Shown here one piece after another: positions 1 through 13,231 of a DNA stretch of 64,000 nucleotides (positions are counted from its first letter, which is position 1; every line of letters starts with the position of its first letter). The position numbers and the translations under genes were made by a program. A model generated the notes under the pieces. That model saw only the letters and a list, made by a program, of their open reading frames with translations. It ran no database searches and had not been told where the DNA came from. The DNA is from Macrostomum lignano. Its lineage: Eukaryota. The stretch covers positions 434,001-498,000 of the forward strand of contig NIVC01000621.1 of NCBI GenBank assembly GCA_002269645.1. Reading direction: 5' to 3'.

Positions 1-1
1 C

Positions 2-2152
2 TGTTGATACAGCGTTGACGTATGCGGTGTCGAAGACCTCTCCCCAGTTTTTCCTGAGCTCTGGAAGCGGTTGGCGGCTTAGTAGATCAGCTGGGTTGGA
101 CGGCCCTGGTCTGTACACCAAGTTGAAGCGGAGGTGTTGAATTCGAAGAACCATGCGTTCAATCCGTGGTGGCGGGCGGGATCCCGGTCTGAAGAGTGGC
201 AGGAGCGGTCGGTGGTCGGTCACCACTGTAAAACTTGGATCACCAGCCAGGTAGTTTTCGAACTTCAAGCAGCCAAATTTGATAGCCAGCGCCTCCCGCT
301 CAATCTGGGCGTACCGCTGCTAAACTTGTGACAGCGCTCTGCTGGCGTAAGCCACTGGTCTGCAGATTCCGTCCGGCTGCTTTTGTGTCAGAATCGCACC
401 AAGTCCGATTGGCGATGCGTCAACTATAAGCTCTGTTTGGTGTTTGCGGTCGAAAAAGGCAAGAGTTTCTGCCTTACTGATGATCGATTTGATCTCTTCG
501 AAGGCTTTTGAGTGGCTGGCAGTCCACTCGAATGTCTCCCCTTTCTTTGTTAATCTGCGCAGCGGTGCGGAGACATCAGCGAAGTTAGGTATGAATTTTG
601 CCAGAAAGTTTGCTGTGCCTAGGAACGAGCGAACTTCGGATACGTTGGTCGGCTGTCTGAAGTGCTTCATAGCTTCGATCTTCTCATTAGCAGGCTGCAC
701 TCCCTTTGCAGATAGGCGCATTCCCAAGAACTCGACAGCGGGGACGGCGAATTTGCACTTTTCTTTATTTAGCGTAATTCCGAATTCTTCGAGACGCTGC
801 AGACAGGCTTCGAGTCTTTTGCAGTGCTCTTGCAGGTCCGAAGCGTATACGATGACGTCGTTGTGGACCCAACGAACACCATCGATTCCGCTAAGCACGC
901 CGAGCATGACTCTTTGTAGGATTTCGGATGCATTCGTAAAGCCCATGCTCAGTCTTTTGAGGCGCATTAGTCCGAGCGGCGTGCTAAATGTGAAAAGGTG
1001 CCGGCTGTTCTCGTGCACTGGGATCTGGTAAAAGGCTTTACGAATATCTAGCTCGCTGAACAGCTTGGCTCCGGACATCTCCTCGGTGACCTCGTCCAAT
1101 GTCGGTATTTGTTGTTTTTCAGGGATGACATAGGCGTTTAGGTTGCGCAGGTTCTGGCAGATTCGGACTCCGCCATCGTCCTTTGGAACTACTACCATGC
1201 GGGCCACCCACGCGCAGGGTCCTTTTACTGGCTCGATGATATCTTGCCTTTCTAAGTCTTTCAGCTCCTTGATAACAGATTCTCGGAGATGCGCTGCAAC
1301 TCGGGCTGGCGGATGACACGCCGGGGCCGCGTTGTCCGACAGCTGAACTTCGACCTGCACGCCTTTGATGCATCCAATTCCGTCAAATACTTTTTTGTGC
1401 TGATGCAAGATGTCCTGAATATTCTGGCTTTCATACCCCTCGGCTGCCTTGACGTTGGAGTTGACATCTTCTGTCTGGCTGAGAATTGGCCGCTGGATAT
1501 GCAGGATTCCTAGCTCAAAGGCAGCTTGGCGTCCGAGTATCGTTAGACCGTCGCCGTCGAGAACGTGGAAAGGCACAGTTGCGCTAGCGGTACCTATTTT
1601 GATGCCTAAGCTCGCAGTACCGATGATTTTGAGAGGTTCGGGCGTTCCATATGCATGAACTTTTACCTTGGTGGTTCGAATTCGCTGATCATCCAGCTGT
1701 CGAAATGTTTTGATGCTCATGATACTGCAGCTGGCTCCGCTGTCCACCATCACCGGTAGCTTACAGTCTCCGATTTCGACAGTTAACGAGACGTCTGCTG
1801 GGTAGCTGCTGTCTTTGCACAAGCCAAAAACGTCTTCGCCGATGCTAGCATCGAAGTTTGGCTCCGGTGAGGTGCTCACTAGGTTAGCGCTGACTTGCGA
1901 TCGAATCGTGTTGTTACTCCAGCGTGCTTTGCGGCATGCTTTGGCTAGGTGATTGGTTTTTCCGCAGTTGAGGCAGATTTTTCCTCTCGCCAAGTCGCAT
2001 GTAGAGTGACCTTTTTGTCCGCAGCGGTAGCATGTCTGCTGTTGAGATTGCCTGCTGCTGCTGCTGCTGCTGCTGGCGGTGCTGGATGCTTCGCGTCCGT
2101 TCATCCGGGGCTTGTTGGATCTTGTAACGCTTGCCACCTGCGAATCTTCCAT
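2..2152 (-). pseudogene. gag C-terminus plus pol (PR-RT-RNaseH) with an in-frame TAG at 320-322
   Basis: The same frame continues past the stop as QRYAQIEREALAIKFGCLKF...TDHRPL...PPPRIERMVLRIQH...NPADLLSR to the window edge. The TAG sits where a Glu (GAG) is usual. Confidence 0.9.
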
Positions 2153-2706
2153 TTCTCCATCTCCGATGCCTGCTCCTCCGCTGCTTCAAACGCTCTCGCT
2201 TTTCGCAGGGCTTCGTCCAAGGAAATGTTGGTCTCTTGGAGTAGCCGCCGTCGTAACTTGTCTGATGTATAGGTCGCTACAAGCTGGTCTCTGATAAGGG
2301 AGTCCTTCAGATTTTCGAACTCACAAGCCTCGGCTGAAGCACGCATTCGTGAATACCAAGCTTCGATTTTCTCTCCTTGTTGCTGGATGCAGTTCCTAAA
2401 TTGGTATCGAGCGAATACGATGTTCTTTCTCTCGTCAAACTGCTGCTTTAAAGCATTTAGCGTGTTGTCGAGTGTGGTCTGATTCCCTTCAGCTGGCGGG
2501 GGCAGAGCTCGGATTATGTCTGCAATTTCTTTCCCTGCTGTGTAGCTTAGCAGCTTGCACCGTTGGTTTTCATTGGTGATGCCCGAAGCGTCAATGAAAT
2601 CTTGAAAGCGTGCTGACCACTCGCTCCAGCGTTTGCCAGCATTGTGAGGGTCGCTGATAATTGAGAACGGCTCTGGTGGGGGCAGTAAAACGTAGTTAGT
2701 GGCCAT
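2101..2706 (-). pseudogene. gag, starting MATNYVLLPPPEPF; frameshifted near 2152-2154 before the zinc knuckles
   Basis: PEPF...W.EW..RF.DFI.A...DQLV is gag-like. The CCHC knuckles lie in the next frame (ORF 320..2152). One extra A in the run GAGAAATGG would fuse the two frames. Confidence 0.85.
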
Positions 2707-2730
2707 TGCCCTCGCGTAGGTTTGTGTGTT

Positions 2731-2740
2731 TGCGACGCCA
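2731..2740 (-). promoter_or_regulatory. Primer-binding site TGGCGTCGCA
   Basis: TGG starts 1 nt after the LTR-terminal CA and is complementary to a tRNA 3' CCA end. The tRNA is not identified (Ser-like is a guess). Confidence 0.75.
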
Positions 2741-2741
2741 C

Positions 2742-2931
2742 TGTAGGAACTCTGACAAGCCGTGTGTGTTTGTTTGGATCGATACCGACAGCAAAGTTCC
2801 AAATACGAGTAAATGCCAATGCGTGTATTTAAATATTAGTCAATGGGGGGTTGGCGCGTGCATGGTTAGAGAGTTGAATGTACGCCGATATAGAATGACA
2901 GAGAGATAGAAAGAGGCTAGTAAATACGACA
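2742..2931 (-). repeat. 5' LTR (~190 bp, TGT...ACA)
   Basis: The minus strand reads TGTCGTATTTA (from 2931) to ...TTCCTACA (2742), followed by one G and the PBS. The 3' LTR lies outside the window, so the left boundary and TSD cannot be confirmed. Confidence 0.7.
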
Positions 2932-3676
2932 CTGAGAACTGCTACTAAGGCGCAAGCCTACAGCGTGCAGTCAGCGTACAGTAATGGCGCTGCTCAGGAG
3001 TCAGCGGAATGGGCAGAATTACGAGTATCCACATATCCATCCGCAGGGGCGCCGCCAGGGGGGGACATGTCCCCCTAGTAAAGGCTATGGAGGGACATGC
3101 CAATGCTAATGTGGGACTTCGCCTGCGTCGGATCTGGATCTGCAGATCTGGATCTGTGCCTGTGGCGCCAAAATGAGTGCCTGCGGCGCCAAAATTCAAT
3201 AATGCGGAGAGAAAATTCAATAATTGAGGGAAAAATAAAAAACGGAGGGAAAATAAATAATGGAGACAAATCGGTAATGGAAAGAAAAATCGATAATGGA
3301 GAGAAAAATCAATAATTAAGTGAAAAATCGATAATGCAGAGAAAATCAATAATGAAGAGAAAAATCGATAATTAAGAGAAAAATCGATAATGCAGAGAAA
3401 AATCAATAATGAAGAGAAAAATCGATAATGCAGAGAAAATCGATAATGGCTAGATAAATCGATAATGGGGAGAGACTAATCGATAATGGAGAGATACACA
3501 TCGATGATGGCGAGTTAATTTCATAATCGGCAAAATTTGGAGCTTGGAGTGGGGCGGCTGTATTTTCCTCACGGGGGTAAATCTTTTACCATCATAAGCT
3601 CTTAGGCCAATATCCGTGCGCGAAATTTAACTTGGCGCCCTCTATCCAATATTGCCATCCCAAATCTCCACTCCAG

Positions 3677-6069
3677 GAGGAGAAGTGCCGTCAAAGAATC
3701 ATGCAGATGCTCCTGACTCACGGTGCCAATCCCAACTATCAAGACGATGCCGGTCGAACTGCGCTCAGCTACGCTTGCGAACTGCGTCACAACGACGTTG
3801 TTAGGCTGCTAATTAAGCACAATGTCGATCCTGAGATGCCGGACAAAGAGGGTTAGTGCTGGGGAGTGATCATACGCTTGTTAGCAAAAGATCGTGCACT
3901 CTCTTTACCCCATAGACATCAGACATCACCAAGCAGACTGTGCACTCTCTTTACCCCATAGACATCAGACATCACCAAGCAGACTGTGCACTCTCTTTAC
4001 CCCTTAGACATCAGACATCACCAAGCAGACTGTGCACTCTCTTTACCCCTTAGACATCAGACATCACCAAGCAGACTGTGCACTCTCTTTACCCCATAGA
4101 CATCAGACATCACCAAGCAGACTGTGCACTCTCTTTACCCCATAGACATCAGACATCACCAAGCAGACTGTGCACTCTCTTTACCCCATAGACATCAGAC
4201 ATCACCAAGCAGACTGTGCACTCTCTTTACCCCATAGACATCAGACATCACCAAGCAGACTGTGCACTCTCTTTACCCCATAGACATCAGACATCACCAA
4301 GCAGACTGTGCACTCTCTTTAACCCACAGACAACACAAATCACCAAAGCAGATCGTGCACTCTGTTTAGCTCATAGACAAGACTAAGATCGCGCTAATTA
4401 TACATACATAAAATCAATCTGCAGGAAACACACCTCTGATGCACTGCGCTCGAGTTGGAAACGATACAGGCATCGGCATCTTGATTAAATGCTTCCGACG
4501 ACTCGGTTTAGACATCGACAGGTGCAACAAAGACGGATTCACCGCGATGCTGATAGCTGCTAGGCAGGGCTTCACAGAGAGCGCTTCTCTGCTGGCCATT
4601 GAAGGTCACGCTTCCGTCACTAAAACTGACGAACGGTAAGTTAGCTAAATGCAAACAGCGTTCTTCGCATGAACCCTATTTTCCAACCATATCTATGTAA
4701 AGGGCCAAAAAACTTTTAACATTTACGATTGTGAAATGCAAGGGCTAGCAACCTCTTTGAGCAGTGGGATTAGTGCCTCTATTGAACCATTATCGATCTC
4801 AGCCTTTAACTCCTGGGCTTTATAACTACACATTATATCTCTCCGCATCTCAAAATTCGGTTCCCGATAGTTCCAACACCTCAAACTTGGGTTGCCGATA
4901 GTTCCAACATCTCAAACTTGGTTTGCCGATAGTTCCAACATCTCAAACTTGGTTTGCCGATAGTTCCAACATCTCAAACTTGGGTTGCCGATAGTTCCAA
5001 CATCTCAAACTTGGTTTGCCGATAGTTCCAACATCTCAAACTTGGGTTGCCGATAGTTCCAACATCTCAAACTTGGGTTGCCGATAGTTCCAACATCTCA
5101 AACTTGGTTTGCCGATAGTTCCAACATCTCAAACTTGGGTTGCCGATAGTTCCAACATCTCAAACTTGGGTTGCCGATAGTTCCAACATCTCAAATGACC
5201 ATATTGACCAACCCAGAATCCATAAACAAAGGTACGGCCGCAACGCGGAGCAGTGGGCCCGTTCCCAAGGCTGCACCACGCCCGAGGTCGCCCTGTTCAG
5301 CACGGCCGCTGAGAAGCTGGTCAAACGCCGACCGAAGTCGCTCCGGGTGGACACCCGGCCGGCCTATCCGAGCAGTCGAACTTCGCCATACCGTCCGCCG
5401 GCTCAGCATCAGATGCCGCTGCACCCGCCCTGGAACAGCAGCCGGCCGGGCGCGCGCACGCCCTCCAACAGCCGGAAGTCTCCATCGCCGAGCATCCAGC
5501 TGGAGCCGCCGCCGCCGCCTCAGCCAAGAAAGTCGCTGACACCGAAGGACGCCTCGTCGGCAGCTCTGGGCGCCAGCCGATCCAGAAGCTCAACAATGAC
5601 AAATCTGCTGACCAATAGTCGAACAACCGTTCGTGGCAGTATCAGCAGCGTGGGCAGCGGAGGCAGCGGCGCCGAATCCAGCACGGCTAGCCGGTCCCGA
5701 CCAGTCAGGGGGGTAGCTGTGCCAACAACAAAAGCATCGGGTTCCCACAGTCGACGAGCTAGCAGAGAATCCACCACGTCGACAACTAAGAAAAAGCAGC
5801 AGCAGTCAGTTGCTGTGGCGGCGGCCGCAAGCAACTCGGAGCGCAAGGACTCCACTGACGGGTCCCTAAGCGACGCGGACTTGGACGAGTTGTACAACGC
5901 TCTCACAAGCAACTACACTGTGGAGGAGATGTCAAAACGAGCCGGACTGTTAACTAGCAACGGGCAGAAACAGCGACAACAAGATCAAAATGAAGACCAG
6001 GAAAATGATGAAGACACCAACTATGGAGATGTGGCGACGTCAGTTAGTCTGACCAATTTGCACCTGTAA
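3677..6069 (+). CDS. ANKRD63-like: Ankyrin-repeat protein, ANKRD63/ANKRD34-like; 5' exon(s) not found. Exons 3677-3851, 4425-4635, 5232 (or 5217)-6069
   Basis: GANPNYQDDAGRTALSYACE...GNTPLMHCA...CFRRLGLDIDRCNKDGFTAMLIAA resembles ANKRD63 (RTALSLACE, SFRRLGL). GT-AG sites join in phase: G|GA and CG|G. Confidence 0.8.
3893..4370. repeat. 46-bp minisatellite (~10 copies) in ankyrin-gene intron
   Basis: Unit TGTGCACTCTCTTTACCCCATAGACATCAGACATCACCAAGCAGAC. Confidence 0.95.
4858..5195. repeat. 31-bp minisatellite in the next ankyrin-gene intron
   Basis: Unit GCCGATAGTTCCAACATCTCAAACTTGG(G/T)TT. Confidence 0.95.
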
Positions 6070-6379
6070 ATTCTTAAGTACACCTGTACAAGCTGTCTAC
6101 AGGTACAAGCAATAATTTTGGACAAGACAGTAGGAGCCTACATCGCTAGTTACCAGTATTAGTGGACATAGCCATTAGTACGAAGTCGAAACCTCACCTC
6201 CCCAAAAAAGCAACTTGATTACAGATTTAATGCATCCGCTAAGCCTGATACACTGTAGAATGCAATTTAAATGCACAGATCTATTCAACCCATAGTAGGA
6301 TTGATTTTTTTGCTATACGTGGAACTTAAAGGAAGCCTACTATTTGTTTCGCACTCATACGAAGTCCTTTGACTTTCTG

Positions 6380-6625
6380 CCTGCCGCGCAAAAATGAGTG
6401 CCTGCGGCGCTAAAATGAGTGCCTGCGGCGCTAAAATGAGTGCCTATGGCGCTAAAATGAGTGTCTGCGGCGCTAAAATGAGTGCCTGAGGCGCCAAAAT
6501 GAGTGCCTGAGGCGCCAAAATGAGTGCCTTCGGCGCTAAAATGAGTGCATGCAGAACCAAAATGAGTGCCTATGGCGCTAAAATGATTGCCTGAGACGCT
6601 AAAATGTGTGCCTGCGGCGCAAAAA
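6380..6625. repeat. 21-bp minisatellite; same family at 3165-3195 and, inverted, at 50290-50580
   Basis: Unit AAAATGAGTGCCTGCGGCGC(T/C). Confidence 0.9.
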
Positions 6626-7356
6626 TGTGTGCTGACAATACTTTTTTTTTAAAATGTACATGTAGAATTTTTAGCTTTGTCCCCCACCATAAAACCCATG
6701 GCGACGCCTAGATGAACTTTACCCACTAGTTTCAGGGTTGGAAACTTTAACATATTGGCTGAGTGTTCTTTTATTTTGTTCTTTTATCTTATAAAACTGA
6801 AGCAGGTGATTTCGCTTATCAACCACTAGTCTTAGCACTCGCTAGCTGAATAAACATGACGCAACAAAAATACACAGAAAAGACAAACGGTATTATTTTC
6901 TTGCATTGAAGCTCTGCTTGTTTAGAAAGATATAAAAGCAAACAAAGTTAATTCTCAATATTTGTAACGCAAGTAATTTTTTTATATTTCTTTAAAAAGC
7001 AGATTGTGTATTAAAAAAAATTTATGCTGCAAAAGGCACAATGGCTACTTAAAATTGGTTATCGAATTAAAATTCGAGTGGCTCTACTTATTTTACCAGT
7101 TAAGCCTCATATATACTACTACTATCACAGTTTAGAGCGGCAAAGCACGAATGAAAAAAACACATTCAAGTAGCCTACTAACAGTAGACGAACAAGCGAG
7201 TTGTAGGAATTTTTTTCAAAACGAACAAGAAAAAAGCAGAAAGCAGGCGACAGGCACAAACAAAAAACTTCGAAAAAGGAAGAAAAATCAAAACAAAAGA
7301 ACAAGTGTTCTATTCTGAGCGGAATGCTTGGCTGTGTGAGCTGAAGACTCAAGCGT

Positions 7357-8944
7357 TTAATCAGCTTCATTGGCTGTCTCGTCTGAATCCTCTGGCCCAA
7401 CAAGAATGTTGCTGATGCCCTGAAATGAAAGCGCAATGATTTTTAAGACTGAGTTATCATTACAAAATTAATATAACCCAGTGGTCAGAGTCACAGACCG
7501 ATTCACTCGGAGAGTGACGAGATCCAGTCCTTCTTAGAGTGACAACAACCAGTTTCACTTAGAGTGACTAAATCCTTCTTAGAGTGACAAGAACAAGTTT
7601 CACTTAGAGTGAATAGATCCAGTCCTTCTTAGAGTAACAAGAACCAGTTTCACTTAGAGTGACTAGATCTAGTCCTTGGAGTGACGAGAACCAGTTTTAC
7701 TCAGAGTGACTAGACCCTATTTACATAGTATAACAAGACCCGCTCACTCGAAGACTCGATTCAATCAGAGAGTGACAAGACTCAAGTCACTCAGAGAGAT
7801 CGACAAGAACCAATTCCCTCTAGGAGAGTGACAAGACAGTTCATTCAGAGAGTGACAAGACCGAATTCCCTCGGAGTGACAAGACCCAATTCACTCGGAG
7901 AGTGACAAGAGGCAATTACTCGGAGAGTGACAAGAGCCAATTCACTCGGAGTGACAAGAGCCAATTTACTCGGAGAGTGACAAGAGCCAATTCACTCGGA
8001 GAGTGACAAGACCCAATTCACTCGGAGAGTGACAAGACCCAATTTACTCGGAGAGTGACAAGAGCCAATTCACTCGGAGAGTGACAAGACCCAATTCACT
8101 CGGAGAGTGACAAGACACAATTCACTCGGAGTGACAAGAGCCCAGTTATCACTACGAGAGTGAATCTTAATGACCTACCTTCCAATGCGCTGGCAAAGCC
8201 ATCAGCTCAGTGGCGCCTCTCAAGTCAATCCTTGGTGCCCGACTACTCAATGGTTCCTCAGCGTCTCCAGCCGCAGCTCCATCTGCTCCGGGGGCCATAA
8301 TCTGCATCAGCAATTCGTCGCTTAAACAATCTGGACTCAGAGGATTCGCACGCAGCAGCAGATGACGCAGACAGCCGGCTAGCAGAGGCAGCAGAGGCGG
8401 CGGCACCTCTACAAACCGATTAGCGGTCAGATTGACTAAATTCAAGCGCTGACAATTGGCCAGACTGTCTGGCAGCTCAGCCAGCTGGTTCTCCTCGGCG
8501 CTGAGCCACTCCAGACACGTGCAGCGGCCAATTGACTCCGGCAGGCTGTTCAGTCTGTTGTAGTTGAGGCCGAGCTGTTTCAAATTTGGCATCCCAGCGA
8601 ATAGCTGGTCGGGCAGTCCTGACAGCTGGCATGCGTGCAGCCACAGGTGGGTCAGGCCGGCCAGGTTGCACAGGGTGTCCGGCACGGCGCACAGGGGATT
8701 GTAGCTGGCGCTGAGGATGCGGAGCTGCTCCAGCTGGCCCAGACTGCTTGGCAACAGGCTGAGACAGTTGTGGTCCAGGGTGAGCTCCTGCGGATAGGGG
8801 ATTGATGCCTGTGCTAGCTGACTGACACTGAGACAGTAGAGCAGACAGACAGACAGACAGACAGACAGACGGACAGACAGACAGACAGGCAGACAGACAG
8901 GCAGGCAGACAGACAGACAGGCAGACAGACAGACAGACAGACGA

Positions 8945-8991
<47 letters not shown>

Positions 8992-9042
8992 GGCAGGCAG
9001 GCAGACAGACAGACAGACAGACAGGCAGGCAGGCAGACAGGC

Positions 9043-9075
<33 letters not shown>

Positions 9076-11121
9076 CTGGGACACTAAATTTAGACATAAG
9101 ATAGACAGAGACAGACAGAGAGCCATCAAGACACGCAGACAGACAGATATTAAGACACGCAGACAAGCAGATAGACACACAGGTACACGCGAAGACAGCA
9201 AAACAGAGAGGCAAACAGAAACTAAAACACAAAGAAATACAGGTGAACATTTTTGGAATTTGCGCTCCTGCATAGAAATTATATGCTGATTGCTTTGCAT
9301 TAGTCTGAAGGTCATTTATATATTTTAAAAATAAACTGTAAAAAGTAGGCTTTTAAAATAATTTAATCCACTTTTATATTTTTACCTCTGCATTTTTAGT
9401 TGCGCATATATTAAAAATACGCATTAAAGTTTTATATTTCTACTTTCAGTAGACTAACTAGCCGCGGCGTTAAATTTATGCGAGTAAAATAGACAAATCT
9501 CGCAATTGCCAGGCTGGAAATGCAATTGCTATATTTATAGTAGTTAAAAAGTGGGTGAGCAGCGGGGCAGGCAAAGCCAAGCGGTTACTTCGAATTGAAT
9601 AAACTGAAACAGAATCCTTTAGTTGCACCCCATAGGGCAACCCTCCCACGTACCGCTAGCGCCATCCTGCCTTTTTGTTTAAACACGAAAACTACTGATA
9701 AGAGAATTAATTATACACGCTTGTAGTTATAAAACATCGATTCAAATAATACCTTCTAATTAATACTATTTTTACGATTAATTCAGCAACTTGTGAAAAA
9801 TTTCCTATTTCTGATGTTTCTACTTACAGTAGGCTACACGGACATGCAGGAAAAATCTGCTCCGATAGTTTTAAAAAGACAATTTTATTGATACAGAGGA
9901 GATAAAAGAAAAAAGGAGGGACAGATGGACTGACAATAACACCGAAATAGACTGATTGGCCGAGTTAGACAAGACAATTACACAAACATTAGGGCACGTA
10001 GAAAAGCGGACACTAAGACGCGAAGACAGACAGACAACAGGCAGCCATAAAGACAGGCAGACACAGAAATTACGACAAGCAGACAGACATTAAGTCAGGC
10101 AGACCGGCAGAAATTAAGACAGACAGACATTAAGACACGCAGACAGACACACATTAAGACACGCAGACAGACAGACATTAAGACACGCAGACACGCAGAC
10201 AGACAGACATTAAGACAGACATACATTAAGAAACACAGACAGGCAAACATTAAGACAGACAGACATTAAGACAGACATACATTAAGCCACGCAGGCAGGC
10301 AGACAGACAGACATTAAGACAGACAGACATAAAGACACGCAGACATTAAGACAGACAGACATTAAGACACGCAGACAGACAGACAGACAGACATAAAGAC
10401 ACGCAGACAGGCAGACAGACAGACAGACTTAAAGACACACAGACAGGCAGACATTAAGACAGACAAACATTAAGACACACAGACAGGCAGACAGACTTAG
10501 AGACACGCAGACAGGCAGACATTAAGACAGACAGACATTAAGACAGACAGACATTAAGACACACAGACAGGCAGACATTAAGACAGACAAACATTAAGAC
10601 ACACAGACAGGAAGACATTAAGACAGACAAACATTAAGACACACAGACAGGCAGACATTAAGACAGACAGACATTAAGACACACAGACAGGCAGACATTA
10701 AGACAGACAAACATTAAGACACGCAAGCCCAACAGACCTGCAGCTCCGGCAGGAGGTCGCCAATCTCGCTTGGCGGTGCCACCAGCCGGTTGTTATTCAG
10801 GTAGAGCCGGCGCAGGTCCTGACCCAGCCTAGCCAGACTGGGCGGCAGGATGGTGAGGCGGCGGTAGCTGAGGTTCAAGCTGGACCGGCTAGCCGGGTTC
10901 TGATTGGTCAGCAGGCGGCAGATCTGCCGCTCAGAGTCTGCCAGGAGTTCCAGATCGGACTGAGGCGGCGGCGGCTGCTGCTGATGGCGATGGCTGAGGC
11001 TGCCGCCGCTGCCGCTGACGACGCCGCTGTCGCCGCTGGCCGGCCTGGACGACGTCGCCGAGCGAAGTCGGGCTCGAGGCGATCGCCTAGCAGTAGAAGC
11101 GCCGCCACCTTGCGTTGTCAT
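7357..11121 (-). CDS. Leucine-rich-repeat protein, ~351 aa. Exons 11121-10738, 8787-8179, 7419-7357
   Basis: About nine LxxLxLxxNxL repeats. Phase-0 joins: CAG|GTCTGT...CCGCAG|GAG and AAG|GTAGGT...TTTCAG|GGC. It ends GISNILVGPEDSDETANEAD*. The start codon is uncertain because the frame is open back to an acceptor at 11172-11174. Confidence 0.85.
7490..8140. repeat. ~27-bp degenerate minisatellite in LRR intron 2
   Basis: Unit GGAGAGTGACAAGACCCAATTCACTC. Confidence 0.9.
8825..10722. repeat. (GACA)n-based arrays at both ends of LRR intron 1 (8825-9230 and 10020-10722)
   Basis: GACA/GGCA runs and CAGACATTAAGACA variants. Confidence 0.9.
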
Positions 11122-11249
11122 GACAACAGCAACAATTAGTTTAGCAAGCGCTCTCTGTGCGGTGCCTTTGACTGGAAAAGTCAATCAAGTGGGCGGCGTC
11201 TTTATAGAAAGAACTCACAGTTCACGGCTTCTGATAATCAGGGTAAAGA

Positions 11250-13140
11250 GGCGAGAAATTCCCCTCTGAACCAATTAAAAAATTCCCTATTAGCCGAGAG
11301 AATTACCCCTCAACCAAACGAAAAATTCCCCAATAACCGAGAGAGTAAATTCCCCTCTCAACCAATTAAAAATTCCCCAATAACTGAGAGAAAAATTCCA
11401 CTCTCAACCAATTATAAATTCCCGAATAACCAAGAGAGAAATTCCCCTCTCAACCAATAAAAATTCCCCAATAACCGAAAGATAAACTTTCTGAACCATC
11501 GATAATTTTCTATTAGCCTATCAAGAGATTCTAAGCAAGAAATTCCCCATTAGCTAAGCAAGAAGTTCCCCATTAGCTAAGCAAGAAGTTCCCTATTAGC
11601 TAAGCAAGAAATTCCCCATTAGCTAAGCAAGAAATTCCTCATTAGCTAAGCAAGAAATTCCCCATTAGCTAAGCAAGAAATTCCCTATTGGCTAAGCAAG
11701 AAATTCCCTATTAGCTAAGCAAGAAATTCCCCTTTAACTAATCGAGAAATCTCTAATAAATAAGCGAGAAAAATCGCAATACAGACAAAGTCATTTAAAA
11801 CTGCAGTCTGCAAATTTTTATTGAAATTTATATTATAAACAAGTTGTAACAAAACATTTTTAGTATTAATCTAATTGGCAAGCATAGCACAGAGGCCGAG
11901 ATTAAGCATTCAAAATATTTCAGTGCTCTGTATAAGGTTATATAATGTATGTAGTAATATTATAACAAAATTATGTATAACTATTGGAAGAACTATTCCC
12001 AGCTGTAACATTATACAGCAAAAGACATACCTCTGGATGAGATCGAAATATAAAGATGAATAAATGTTATTCAAAACACAAGAGGAAACCAAAATATTTA
12101 CATTTATAAACAAAACTCATATTGGGAGAATTTTTTACGAAGTCTTGGCAGATTATGAAAGAAAAATACAAATATGCCTACTTGAAGTAGCTGAACCGGA
12201 CGAAAAATTTGCCTTTAATTGTTTTTTAATCAAGCTGACATGAAGTTTATTGCCGGGCGTATGTGAATGAGCTGATTTCATTCCTGTAGCTGTATTTAAT
12301 ATTGTACTGAGACAGGATTTATAGACCATCAACTATTGAAAAAGTACAAAAAGTCTAGTAAATCTGGAAAGTGATTCCTTAAGCCATCAATTAGGCATTC
12401 AACAAATACGTTGCAAAAATGTTAAAAATTTAAAAAAATTCGCCCCTAACTCAAACTGAACTGAGGGGCACCTTCATGTCTTTTAGTTGAGCCCCAGGCT
12501 CTTCATCAGATATCCCAATAATCCTTCAGGCTCTTCATCAGATATCCCAAAAATACTCAGGCTCTTCATCAAATATCCCCATAATTCTCTAGGCTCTTCA
12601 TCAGATATCCCAATAATCTTTCAGGCTCTTCATCAGATATTCCCATAATTCTCCAGGCTCTTCATCAGATATCTTAATAATCCTTCAGGCTCTTCATCAG
12701 ATATCTTAATAATCCTTCAGGCTCTTCATCAGATATCTTAATAATCCTTCAGGCTCTTCATCAGATATCCCAAAAAACCTTCAGGCCCTTCATCAGATAT
12801 CCCAAAAAACCTTCAGGCTCTTCATTAGATATCCCAAAAACCTTCAGGCTCTTCATCAGATATCCCAAAAAACCTTCAGGCCCTTCATCAGATATCCCAA
12901 AAAACCTTCAGGCCCTTCATCAGATATCCAAAAAACCTTCAGGCCCTTCCATCAGATATCCAAAAAACCTTCAGGCCCTTCCATCAGATATCCCGAAAAC
13001 CATCAGGCTCTTTATCAGATATTCCTACTATAATCCTCCAGGCTCTTCATCAGATATCCCAATAATCCTTGATCCATATCAGCAGATACCCCAAAAAACC
13101 TTCAGGCCCTTCATCAGATATCCCAAAAAACCTTCAGCCA
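11250..13140. repeat. Three minisatellites between LRR and TMEM179 (11250-11480 degenerate; 11535-11740, 23 bp; 12495-13140, ~32 bp)
   Basis: Units AAGCAAGAAATTCCCCATTAGCT and CAGGCTCTTCATCAGATATCCCAAAAAACCTT. Confidence 0.85.
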
Positions 13141-13231
13141 CTTCAGCAGATTTCCCTATAAACTGAGACACAAAAAGCAACATAAAAGGCTTAGAAATGA
13201 CCGCCCGATACGCAGATCTCATGACCGTGTC

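Larger units (their letters stand above)
1..2931 (-). mobile_element. Ty3/gypsy LTR retrotransposon (probably Mag-like), 5' half; runs off the left edge of the window
   Basis: The order on the minus strand is LTR, PBS, gag, CCHC knuckles, protease (VDSGA), RT (LDIRKAF...VHNDVIV, a variant of YxDD) and RNase H (VDASPIGLGA, EREALA, TDHRPL). Clade assignment is inference from gag style and domain order. Confidence 0.95.

Noticed and set aside
320-322. Programmed stop-codon read-through in pol
   Set aside because: The stop is in mid-RNase H, not at the gag-pol junction, and lacks a known read-through context. A nonsense mutation or sequencing error is simpler.
2140-2165. Programmed gag-pol ribosomal frameshift
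   Set aside because: The shift precedes the nucleocapsid knuckles and has no X XXY YYZ slippery heptamer.
444-2300. Plus-strand ORFs over the retrotransposon, and likewise 54246-55855 over the transposase
   Set aside because: They are antisense shadows of GC-rich coding sequence with no recognisable domains.
3044-6711. Pack-type transposon capturing the ankyrin exons between GC-rich inverted motifs
   Set aside because: The motifs are short and imperfect and no TSD is visible. Two independent copies of a small element explain it equally well.
8788-9315. N-terminal Cys/Leu/Ser/Val-rich part of ORF 8167-9315
   Set aside because: It is a (TGTC)n microsatellite in intron 1; the real exon starts at acceptor 8787.
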